A stretch of 63,754 bases of DNA, filler included, from Craspedostauros australis (taxonomy: Eukaryota): assembly GCA_030167865.1 (NCBI GenBank). It is 9 parts of 9 records of this genome, joined end to end, with 100 filler letters (N's around TTAATTAATTAA, not from the genome) between each part and the next. Parts side by side here need not be neighbours in the genome. Positions count along the whole stretch, not along the records: positions 1 to 26,873 come from JALAGF010003707.1; positions 26,974 to 41,378 come from JALAGF010003708.1; 7 more parts are not named here. One strand, given 5' to 3'. The notes below the pieces were generated by a model. It ran no database searches and was not told the origin of the DNA. It saw only the letters and a program-made list of their open reading frames with translations. Every line of letters begins with the position of its first letter. Position 1 is the first letter of the stretch. This document shows positions 23,404 to 34,600 of the stretch, in pieces. The translations under genes were made by a program, and so were the position numbers.

Positions 23404-25546
23404 ATGGCGCCGATCGGCAACAACGCAGCAACGCTGCAACCTCTGACGGTGGACACCATCGAATACGACTTTGAGGAGTACGCTCTGAAGCATGGCATTC
23501 CGGAAACGCTGGACCCGCTGCCGTATCGCAAGGCAGGATCCGTCTTTGCCACCGGCGAAGAAGCCGAACCGGTGCTGACGAGCGCCAAGAACGATCCTCG
23601 ATTGCGCACGGTCGTCTGCCGCCATTGGCTGCGCGATCTCTGCATGAAGGGATCAGCCTGCGAGTTCTTGCATCAGTACGATCTGTCCAAGATGCCGCTG
23701 TGCCGGCATGGCGAACGATGCAAGCTCAAGGACTGCCCCTTTCGTCACATTTCGGAGGCCAATCGGTTGGAGTGCGTGTTTTATAGCCAGGGGTTCTGCA
23801 TCCATGGTCCCTTCTGTCGGTACAAGCACGTCGTGAGAGATCGCATCGATCTTCCGGCCGTGGCGGACTTCACATTAGGTACGAAACCATTGCGGACTGT
23901 CAAGCGGACTGTCAAGCGGAATGTCAAGCGGAATGTCGAGCGGAATGTCGAGCAGCCAAGCAGATGGCAGCGTCGAACACGACATCGTCGTTGTTAGGCA
24001 CGAGTGGGATGTTTGCCTCATCCGGTTGCACAGGGTGTGTTGTATCCTGCATGGCATGGTACGCAATCGATACATGAACTAACTTCACTCCACCCATGTT
24101 CAACGTTCTACATCCAATACATGCATGGTTTAATACATGCATGGTGCCACACCAACATACTTGGACCCATAACAACATATGTGCGCCCTCCGAATACATG
24201 CAGGTCTATCACAAATGCAGGCAGCTGGAAAGGAAGGAGCGAACTCGCGTCGGCCTGCACCAAAACCCAACGAATTTTACAAGATCAGTCTCTGCAAGCA
24301 CTTCATGCAGGGAGAGTGTCCCTTTGGCGAGGGTTGTCACTTTGCGCACGGAGAATCAGAGCTGCGGAGGTTCCCAAGGCAGAGTCAAAACAACGACGAC
24401 AATCAGGGGGGAGAAGAGTTGTCGGATAACATGTTCAGCAACCAGGACAACACAACGGTCGATTACTTCCAGGGCGGAGCCTCCGGAGGCGGTCGTCCAA
24501 TTCCCATCTTGGAACCAGATGAGGCGGGCTTCTTCATCCTCCTCGCAGCAACGCAACGCGATTTGGCCGAAAGCACAGTGCGCGGCGAATGGTACATCCA
24601 GGAACGTCACGCGAGGCAGCTGAACGAAGCCTACAATGAAGGCAGACGGCAAGTCATGACCTTCTTCACTGTGTGCGGCTCGCGCCATATCCAAGGAGCT
24701 GCGCTGATGACATCCTCCGCGCAACCGATCGGTCGCACGAGAGACACTGGACCGCACGCGTATTCATATCGGTACACTCTGGAGTGGTTCCGAACGACCG
24801 AGATGCCCATCAAGATCGCGGTCGATGCGGCCACGGATCTGCTCGTGCCGACCAGCACGACGCAGTTTTGCCAGGACATGAAACCAAGAACGGGAGAATC
24901 GCTGATGAAGGCCCTGTGGAATTCGCCTCTCGTCACCCTCTACGAGTCGTGGGATGAGGATCAGGAACCTCCGAAGATGGATGAGTTGCTGACCGATTTT
25001 CGCTGTCCTCGACCGGACGAAGAATCATGGCCTGTCATGCCTGGTCCCGGCTTCATCTTCGGCTGCAGCTCGGACACGATGGATGAATGCTTGGGCAGAG
25101 GATTGTTTGGTCTGCCAGCGCACATGAAAGCATCGGCGTCTTCCATCGTGCCGGGCAGCACGATATTCCTCTTCAATGTCACGGACAGACTGCTGTTCGG
25201 CATCTTCGAGGCCCGCACGCCCGCCATCATGAACATGGAACCCACAGCATTCTCCAAAAACCCAAAGGCGACATCCTCGCCATTCCCCGTGCAGATCCGA
25301 ATCCGCGTCAGCCTCGAATGCCCACCGCTGGAAGATACGGATCCCATCCTGTCAGATATTCTGCGGTCGCGCGGAAGCGGGCGCATCGGCCCGTTGACGT
25401 TTGCGCAGACGGAGGCCATCGCCACGATGCTCGCCAGCCAGTGCGGCGCATTGCAGTACATGACGGAGTATCGGCGCGGAGCAAAGGATGGCATTGGTGT
25501 CATCGCGCCGCCCATCGCCCTGCCGCCTCGATCCATACCCAAGTAA
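23404..25546 (+). CDS. CPSF30: CPSF30/CPSF4 homologue: CCCH fingers + YTH-like + DCD-like domain; exons 23404-23878 and 24204-25546
   Basis: RTVVCRHWLRDLCMKG..CEFLHQYD.SKMP.C and EC.FY.QGFC.HGP.CRYKH are CPSF30 fingers; fourth CCCH YKISLCKHF; YTH-like FFIL...GEW...LNEAY...FFTV.GSRHIQGAALMTS; DCD-like GFIFGC...T..ECL...LFGLP...PG..IFLFN...L.GIFEA...FPVQIR. Confidence 0.9.
23892..23951 (+). repeat. Five-copy 12-bp tandem repeat GCGGA(C/A)TGTC(A/G)A in the CPSF30 intron
   Basis: Read directly; units diverge stepwise along the array. Confidence 0.95.
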
Positions 25547-25877
25547 GCAAACAGAGCAGAACAGAGCAAAGCATATCCCGACGTACTCAGGTAACAAATA
25601 TTCACAACAGTAGACAATTGCATTTTGGAAAGCTATCAGTCTGTTAGATGACAGATCTATTATATTATATCCTATAATACTTTGGAGTGTACTACTCTTT
25701 TCGGCGCATGTTGCTCTTCACTCGGCTCTATTGCTGAATGGGAGCATTTTCTTCGCTGCGTCTATCCTTGTTGGTTGTTGCCGTGCTCGTAGTTATCGTT
25801 TCTGCCAGTAACGTTGGGCGTTCGCCACAGCTTTGGTTGATGCTGCATGATTTGCATCGCAGTGCACAGCACTCGCA

Positions 25878-26129
25878 TTACAGCGTTCCCACCAATTCGA
25901 CGTACAGCCTCTTGGCCTCCTCCTTATCCATATCTCCGTGCTTGGCCCATGCATCATGCTTGGTACGAGCCACCTGATTGAAGATTCCTGGACGCGCTCT
26001 GTCCCCGATGGGGCCCTCGGTGGCTTGCTTGTAGAGGCCGTACAGCTTGGCCATCACATCGCGGCCGACGCCGTTCGTCACGCGGGCCTTCTCGGCGGCG
26101 GCTTCGAATTGTTCTTGCAGATCGGACAT
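25878..26129 (-). CDS. ACBP: Acyl-CoA-binding protein, 83 aa
   Basis: F..AA...LYGLYKQATEG...RPGIF...R.K.DAW...M.KEEA...YVELV. Confidence 0.96.
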   Translation of the reverse strand: MSDLQEQFEAAAEKARVTNGVGRDVMAKLYGLYKQATEGPIGDRARPGIFNQVARTKHDAWAKHGDMDKEEAKRLYVELVGTL

Positions 26130-26873
26130 GGTTGTGCAGAGTGGTGTAATTGATTGAGTGAGTGTTGGGGTGTGGTGGGTGTCTGAATGTTTCTGTGTTT
26201 CTATTTGAGTTTTATGAGAGGTGTTGGTTGCGTGTTGAGTCTTACGACCATGAAAGGTGTTGTGGGAGGTGTTGTCATGCAGGAACAGAACGACAACGGG
26301 GAAAAGATCTCATCAATCTGTGTTGGCTTCTTCCGAAAGGAAGCGTGACTGAAAAGGGTGCATGGCGCCGCCAGCAGGCTGCTCGGAGTGCCCACTTGAC
26401 CCCAAAGATGACCAGTGATGGTGGGTATGCGGTGAGCCCCATTCCACGACCTTGTGGCAACCATTGACATGAACATCCACACACGCATGTGTTTACGGGC
26501 TACACCTGCGCTCTGCTGCTTCAAATACTATGCCGGCGGTTGTACTAGCTGCAGAGAATGTAAAATGGGGTCACGATAGCACTAGTTGTAGAGTTTTGGC
26601 CCCTTGTTGCCACTGGTTTGCTTGCCTTTGGGAGCAACGGCGATTGTATATTTAGAGCTATTTCGTGTAATTCCTCCCTGATCCGTCTTCTACGTCACAG
26701 GAAGGATTCGACGTCATGCGAAACCACTCACAACACAAGATGTGAGTGCGTCTCGCAGCACGTCGCCCTTGCTTCGCGAGACAACGTGATGGCTGCGCAG
26801 CACACACCAATCGCGCCGCAACACACGCGGACCGTGCCACAACACAACGTGACGACTTCGCGACACAACACAC

Positions 26874-26973
26874 NNNNNNNNNNNNNNNNNNNNNNNNNNN
26901 NNNNNNNNNNNNNNNNNTTAATTAATTAANNNNNNNNNNNNNNNNNNNNNNNNNNNNNNNNNNNNNNNNNNNN
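26874..26973. other. Artificial 100-nt contig spacer; also at 41379-41478, 48313-48412, 49721-49820, 53557-53656, 56310-56409, 57875-57974, 60675-60774
   Basis: N-runs flank TTAATTAATTAA, which puts stop codons in all six frames; same length each time. Confidence 0.99.
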
Positions 26974-29900
26974 CAGCAGCAGCAACAGCGACGGCAGCAA
27001 CTGCGAGAGCGAGGCCGATGGTGAGAGCCTCGGCCAACCTCTGAGCGTTCACGACAACGAGCGTGAGTTCTACGGCGACATCTTCCGCGGCGATGTCTTC
27101 TCCAACCTCAAGAGCGACGCATCGGCTCCGCTGTGCGCTCCTCCCAGCGGCATTGCCACCATCGAGGAGGAACCTACCCCTGACAGCAGCATTGATGACA
27201 GCGTGGGGCAGGTGGAATCATCGGCCGTGGAGCCACCGTCTTCTGTTCCTACTCCCGCTTCTACTCCTGCTTCTAGTTTGAGTTCCGCTTCAGCCCCAGT
27301 CACATCTCCATCGGCATCGGCATCTACTGCCAAGACTGAAGGCAGGCGTAGATCTACGAGTGGAGCCAAGGGTGGAGCCAAAGGGGGAGCCAAAGGGACG
27401 GCCAAGGACGCATCTGCGCCCAAACCACCAACGGAGACAGGCCAGCAGTTCTTCGGACGCAAGGCAGAGCTCACAGAGCTGCGCAGGATCAGAGAGCGCA
27501 TCATCCTCCAGACCCAGCGACCCACGACGGGACGGGCGAACTCCCTCTTCGACGACTTCGACTTCCTGGATTGCGACTCCATGGACAGCTCATCGGTCCC
27601 GATTTCCATCTACCCGGCCGTCATGGTCTGGGGCACCAGCGGAACGGGCAAGTCCAGGATGATCAACCACTTCTTCGATTCGGTCTGCTGCACCTGCGGC
27701 GCCAGACGAGCCGCGCGTCCCAAGCGGCTGTCATCGGGAGACGGCGATATGTCGGACTCCGGCAGGTCCGCCCGCAGCGTGCACTCCAGGACGGATCACC
27801 GCCATCATCTCAGGAGCTGCTCCTGCTGCTACGTCTTACGCGGCAAGTACGACGAGACCACGGGTAGAGGCAACCCATTCTCCGCCATCGTCCAGGCCCT
27901 CACCGACTTCGCTGGACAGCTGCGCAGCGGCCCCACAGAGGAGCTCGATCGTATCCGCGCTTCGATCCGCGATACCTTCAACAACGGCGACAGCGCTCGC
28001 GGCCGCACCAACGCCAACGCAAGCTCGGGCAACGACTTGAACTTCTACTCCGCCATGTCCGCGCTGGCCACGGTCGTGCCGGCCCTGTCCATCCTCATGT
28101 CGCGTGGGAAGTTCGGTTCCGGGTCGACCGTCTACTCCATGAAGTCCAACCTCACGAATCAGAACGTCGTGCCGGACGATAGCAGGAAGAGGGGAAGCCG
28201 GCTTTCCGGGTCCCTCGAGGATCACGATGGCCACTCGGTCTCCTCCCATTCGGCCTCCCTCTCCACCTTCCTAGGCAGCCTCGCCGGCGGTGGTTCATCG
28301 CCCTCCAACGACACCAGGAACATGTGGAATCGCCTGCAGTACACCTTCATCCAGCTCATGAAGGCGATCTCCACGTCCAAGAAGCCGGTCTACCTCTTCC
28401 TCGACGATCTCCAGTGGTCCACATCTGCAGGCATGGAGCTTTTGGCCACGCTGGTCGCCGATTCCGATCTGCAGCACTTCATGTTCCTCGGTTCCATCCG
28501 TCAGGAGATGGACCCGCACTCCAACGAGGCGGTGGAGCTGCCCATGAATGTCCCGCTGCGAACGCACTTCATGGATCGTCTGGCCAGCAACGGTGACGAC
28601 AAGGGCCGTGCAGTGCCAACACCAGGCTCCAGGACCAAGCAGCTCGAGCAGATCACGATCGGCAATCTTTGCTTTGCCGATGCCGTCGAGCATCTCTCCC
28701 TCCTGCTGGGTCGATCCACGGACGACAAGGACCTCAAGATCCTCACCAAGAAGATCTACGAAAAGACCCACGGCAACCTCCTCTTCACCATGCAGGCCGT
28801 CGAGGAGCTCAAGCGCCAGGACATCCTCACCTACAACCGTCTTTCCTCCAGATGGGAATGGCATCTGCAGCGCCAACCAAGCAGCGACGACACGTCGGAT
28901 ACTGCGACCAACGCCACGGATTACGCCGACCTCCCGATCAGCGACAACATCGTCTCGCTCGTCGAATCGCAGCTGCGTCAGGCACCACACGACATGCGCC
29001 TCGTCCTGGTGATCGCCGCCTACATCCGATCCAACTTCGATGCCCACACCGTGCATCTCGTGCTGGAGCATGAGCAGAATCACGCCGATTGCATCGTCGT
29101 CAATGATGATGACAACCCCAGGGTTGCTGACCGCGGCAACATCACTTCGATCCCAGAAGATGATCCCTCCGTGTCGCAATGGGATCAATCCAGGGTGGTG
29201 CGCGTGCTGGAGCAGGCCGTCCTGGAAGGGCTGCTGACCAATTCCATCGGTGATGAGCAATTCCACTTCGCGCACGACCGTATCCAGCAGGCGGCGTTCG
29301 GGCTCGTCCCGTACGGCGAAGTGCGTGACAAGCTCCGGCTCAGGGTGGGCCATTGTCTGTTGGACATGCAGCGCCGGGCGATCCTCCTGGCGGAAGATCA
29401 GCAAGCTCCCGCCGACGATGCTGCTACTATGGACGGTAACGACGCAAGCAAGAAGAAGAACAAGAACAAGGCCAAGACCAACGACGTCATTCAGGACAAT
29501 GCGACAGTGAAAACCGACACCGGTGAGGACATCTTTCTGGACGAGGACCTCTTTGCGGAGGAGGACGTCGGCCTCCTTTTCGTGGCGGCCGATCATCTCA
29601 ACAGCGTCGCCACCAAGGATCACATGTTCTCCGCTGTCATGAACCTGGAGGTCGGCGAGAGAGCCCTTCAGATGGCGTCGTCGCAATCCGCCGCGCTGTA
29701 CCTCCGCAAGGCCAGCGATGCAATGAAGCTGGTTCGCAATCCATGGGAGGAGCACTACGAGGTTTCCATCCGCTTGTACAGAGCGAGATGTGACGCGGAG
29801 CTATCCATGGCCAACTTCGAGGTCGGGTACGCATTGGGCAACGAACTCATCGAGAGGGCGCGCACGGTCAACGAAAAGCTGTCGACGCAACTCGTCATGG

Positions 29901-31675
29901 CCAACGCGTTGGGTCGTGAGAACAAGATCCAAGAGTCGTTGGCCATCACCCTGCAGGTCACCCATTCCATGGGCGTCTTTCCCAAACGATTCTTGGCCTA
30001 CCACATCATCAAGTCCATGGGGAAGATCAAGGCGTACCTCAAGCGCACCACCGACAAGGAGATCTTCGACCTGCCCATCCTCGGGGACTACCAGAGGCTC
30101 ATGCTGCAGGAGTTCATCGTGGAGGTCGGAACACGATCCTTCTTCGCCGGCGACAAGACCAAGTGGGTGCTGCAGGTCTGCATCCTCATCCTCACGGGGA
30201 TCAAGCACGGCGTGTCGGAGTTCACCGCGAAGGGCTTCGCGAACTTCGGCATCGTCATGTCGATGTCCGGTGATCACAAGCTCGGGCTGCGTTGCGCCGA
30301 CATCGCGCACAAGCTCCTTATCAAGACCAACGGGAAGAAGCAGGCTGGGTGGGTCTACATCATGACGTACAACTCCGTCTACTGCTTCAGCTCGCCGATG
30401 GAGGAAGTGATCGGGGGCTTCCAGAGAGGCTACGACGTCGCCATGCAATCCGGAGAGTTCGAAAAGGGCATGGTGGGGCTGCAGGCCCGTAGCTTCGCCA
30501 TATACCTTGCCGGGTACAACCTCCAGTACGTGCTGGGCGAAGTCGAGACCACCATTGATCGCTACAACCAGTACCGCGTCTCCACGATGCTGGGCAACAC
30601 GATGGAGCAGCTGACCCTGCTGCAATGGCTGATCGGCACCAAGCCCATCGATTGGGAGGACATCGACCTGCGATCGCACCGCAACCTCAAGACCAACCCC
30701 CCAGCCGCTATGGAGGTGTACACGCTGACCACGCAATGCTTCTGCAGGGCGTGGGTGTCGACCTACTTCCGCAAGTTCAAGATCGGATACCGATGGACGG
30801 GCTTGTACGCCCACATGGCGAAGCACGACAAGTCGTACAACCAGCTGGTGAACCAGGCTCTGACGACGGGGCTGTGCGCAGGAGCCCTCTACCGTCGCAC
30901 CAAGAAGAAGAAGTACAAGAAGGTCGTGGCCGACAAGCTGTCGATCATGCGCACGGTCGTGGCCACCAAGGGAACGAATGCCCTGTTCGCCATGCTGATC
31001 CTGAAGGCCGAAAGTGTGGCGCTGTCCACGTCCAAGCACAACACCAAGACGGTCAGCGCCACACAGAGCGCCTACGACCAGGCGATTCAGGTCGCCGAGG
31101 CGGCCTCCATGACGAACTACACGTCGCTGTTCCACGAGACGGCGGCCGACCACTTCATCTGGGTGAGGGAGGAGCTTGGCCTATCCGCGGCGGGTTCGGA
31201 CGCAAGCCACAAGCATAATTCGAGGACGCAGCCCACCCACAAGCTGGTGTCGAAGTACATGAGCAGGGCCGCCGATCTGTACCAGCTGTGGGGCTGCACG
31301 ACGAAGGTGGAGGATCTGAAGGCGAGACGGTCAGAGTACCTGAAGGGGTGGAAACCCGAAACCGGTCTGAACATGCGAACCAAGCGCGAGATGGGCGCCG
31401 GGAATGGCAAGCAGCAGCATAAGGGAATGCAGCAGCGCGTCATCGAGATCTCTGGCAAGATTGCCAACATCCGCTTCCAGCCGAAGGACAGCAAATCGGT
31501 TTCTGCCTCACCGATGCAGAGCACCCTGTCGATCGGCAAGGGTTCGAAGTGGGGCGACGGGCAGCCTTCAGTCGAGAATGGAACGTTGAGCAGCTCGGGC
31601 GGAACCAATGCTAGCAGGGACAAGGAGATGGATGCACTGGACGATGAAATATCCGTGTTGACGGACATCTCTTAG
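26974..31675 (+). CDS. STAND-like AAA ATPase with helical/TPR-like C-terminus (COG3899-type), copy 1, 5'-truncated by a gap
   Basis: FFGRKAEL, Walker A GTSGTGKS, GKYDE...PFSAI, Walker B LFLDDLQW, KTHGN.LF, FHFAHDRIQQAA; stop at 31675. Confidence 0.88.
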
Positions 31676-34600
31676 TATTAGCTCAAACTAGTATTCCTAT
31701 GAGCGTGTTAAGGTTTAGTCCATTTAGTCAACAATCCGATTGCTCAGATTACTTTAGCGTGAATGAAGCGTGACTCGATGTCGGTGGGGTCCCACCTGCG
31801 ATTCGTACATCACACAGGATGGAATCGTTCGTCTGATGGATTGAGGATTGAGCGGTCGTGCCGCCCCACAACACTCATAGGTGTGACATCTCTTGTCCTG
31901 GATGAACAAACTCCAGAGACCTTTGCAACAGCAATGTATCACTCCAGTGGTCGGAGGAGAAAGAACAACAAACTCTCTATCTGGCCATCACGAAATCAAT
32001 GTCTCCTCTCTCAAATGGCAACATCGACACTGTGATGATTGCACATAGGAGACTCTACACTCCTCACTAACACTAACTATAGCGATGATGCGGATCCAAC
32101 TATCATGGATGCTGCTCATCACCTGCTCACAATCCTTCCGAAAGTCTCGTTTGGATTTGTTACAGCTTAAGACTAGTATGCATGCACACACAAACTCGTA
32201 CTCCTACTGCTCACCAACGGATTGATCACCCTTCGGCGTTCAGTAAGTTCCCTCGTTTTCTATCTCGTTTATCAGGCAGTTAGACTTTCATGTGCCTCAC
32301 AGAACTTGTTTCAGTGCTATTTCCAAGCGAAGTCTGTGATTTTCATCCTATCATTGTCTTTCAAAAGGCTCTTCGCGCGAAGTCCTCCAGCATTCGGATA
32401 AAGCCTTCATTTATTGTGGCATGTCTCTGGGGTTCTACATTCCTTATGTGGTCTTGTTTACACCAAAGATTGCATGCATCACAAGGGTGCAGTTAAACAA
32501 TGAGAGAAGCCACCACACTGGAGGACCATGTTGGTCTGGCATGCGATCTTGTCGCCCTGCACGTGGAGGCCAAGCTGTTCCGTCAATGTGAACCCAAAAG
32601 AAGTGACAAATGTGGAAAATGTGCTAAACTGTCAGCAAATGTCTCATTAGGGATATGCCCACCAATTTTCATCAAGGAAGAAAGAGCTCGCGCTTCCGAT
32701 ACCATCAAATTAGTTTCCCATCAGGATGATGGCGCCACGAACAGTTCAAACAGAAACGGACAACAAGTGGTCGAGTCCGTTTGAGTACAAACGGACACGT
32801 TACGTTCTTCGTGTTCTGGCTCGTTCCCGTCCCGTGACAGCATCCGTGAAATCCAGTCCCAGTGCATGTCGCAAGTGGACTCCTTTGCGTGGGCACACTC
32901 GACAACAATATCTTCGAGGCGGACACGCCTATGACGTACTCAAGTATAGTACGACAACCCAGGAAATCATTTAACGTCGACGCCGGCAGAGAGTTGGCCG
33001 GAACATCCTGTGCACGATTTGCATTCCCTCTTTGGCCAGCCGAGAACCTCCAAATTTTCGTTTGCCGTTCAGGCCCAGACGAAATCGGCGAAGCCAGATC
33101 ACCCCGAAGGCAAAGGATCTTGTGGTATCATGGTAGTAGTACGTGTCAGTTGTGGCTCATCTTGTTGCCTCGAGCAAACAACAGCGAGACAGCGCCCAAA
33201 AGTTCTCTCCCTCCACACGATGCGTATCGAATCGAGCGCAACGCAGACCAAACTCGAGGAAGCCAAGTCCACCCACAACTGAAGATCGGAGCACACAAAA
33301 CCATCATCATTTCTATCATCAACACCAACACCAACACCAACACCAACACCAACACGCAACCATGCCAACCATGAAGAAGGAGATCTTGCCTCTCGCCATC
33401 GCGCAGAGCCTCATCTGCAATGGCATCGATGCCATGCTCAACACAAGCGCTTGTGCCAAGATTGCCAGGGAGGTCATCCAAGACGGCGCCAAGGAGAGAC
33501 TCATGATGTTGACAGACAAACACAACAGGATGTTTGAGCCTACCAAGACAAGGTTGAGACCACAAGACAGCAAGCTGCAGACAAAATTGTTAGGCTTGAG
33601 GAATTGGTGGAAACGTAGAGGGGAACGTGTCCTTCTGCAATTGATCAGATTGAGAAGGTGGCGTTCACTGGAAGTCTGTTTGGGAACTCAAACGTTAATA
33701 CAAACATTAGAGTTGTGAGCTTACTCTCTGACCTCTGTTCATGTTCATGTTCATGTTCATGCCCTTGCTCTTGCATTCCTCTGTTCTGCATGCATCGGAT
33801 AGGATCTTTACATCTCTTCTGGCTAAACTGGTTTGGGTCAGTAGCTATCTCACAGTATCGTTCATGTTTCGTGGTGCCTTGTCTCTGGTACCAAGTGCCT
33901 TGGTACATCTTCATTTTCATTCCTCGTCGAGCTATTCGCTCGTAATCTGACCATTTCATGGTTTGCGTTGGTCCAGGATACGATTCATACGCACAACTAA
34001 GCTGGACCACGAGAGAGCTGTGCGGAATAAAGCATAATGCTAATAGTTTGCGATGTATTGTTTGTATCATTCATAGTTCTCGGCTCATGTGCGGATGCAT
34101 CCCTAGTGGTCGAATCCCAGGTTTGCACTCATTATCATGGCGGACCATGGACAAACTCTGTCATGGGACATGACTGGATGTGATGCGATACATGGATGAT
34201 TGTGTGGGGTGGGACAAGCTACAAGGGTGTCCGAGTATGATCAACCAATGTTGATTCGGACTAGTCTAATTGAAATTATGAGGAGGTGCGGCAAACATAC
34301 ATATTACAACAAAGTTGTACTTGCGATTCCCGGAACACATCCATCTTTCAGGAATCAGGTGTTCTGTAACACTACATTGCCGCACCTCCCAATGGAGGAA
34401 AGACCAAGTGTTGTGAAGTGCAGAATTTGTCGCACCTCCAAATGTTGCTCCTCGGGAGACACCGAAATGTGAGGCACATGGTGGAGGAGAGAAAATCGTG
34501 TGACAAGTGTGAACTGAAAATTGATGTGTGTGAGTTGGACAATATCATCCTGATCCAAATGTGAATGTTGCATGGGGCTGAGATGAATGATGCATGACGT

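Noticed and set aside
23892..23951. Short repeats as a CRISPR array (also 56758-56817 and 17111-17149)
   Set aside because: Head-to-tail intronic minisatellites with no spacers and no cas genes.
1..26129. Lipid gene cluster (carnitine acyltransferase and ACBP)
   Set aside because: 24 kb apart with unrelated genes between them.
28295..31153. Long antisense ORFs (486 and 450 aa; also 4324-5628 and 20423-21352)
   Set aside because: Shadows of genes with strong third-position C/G bias; no motifs.
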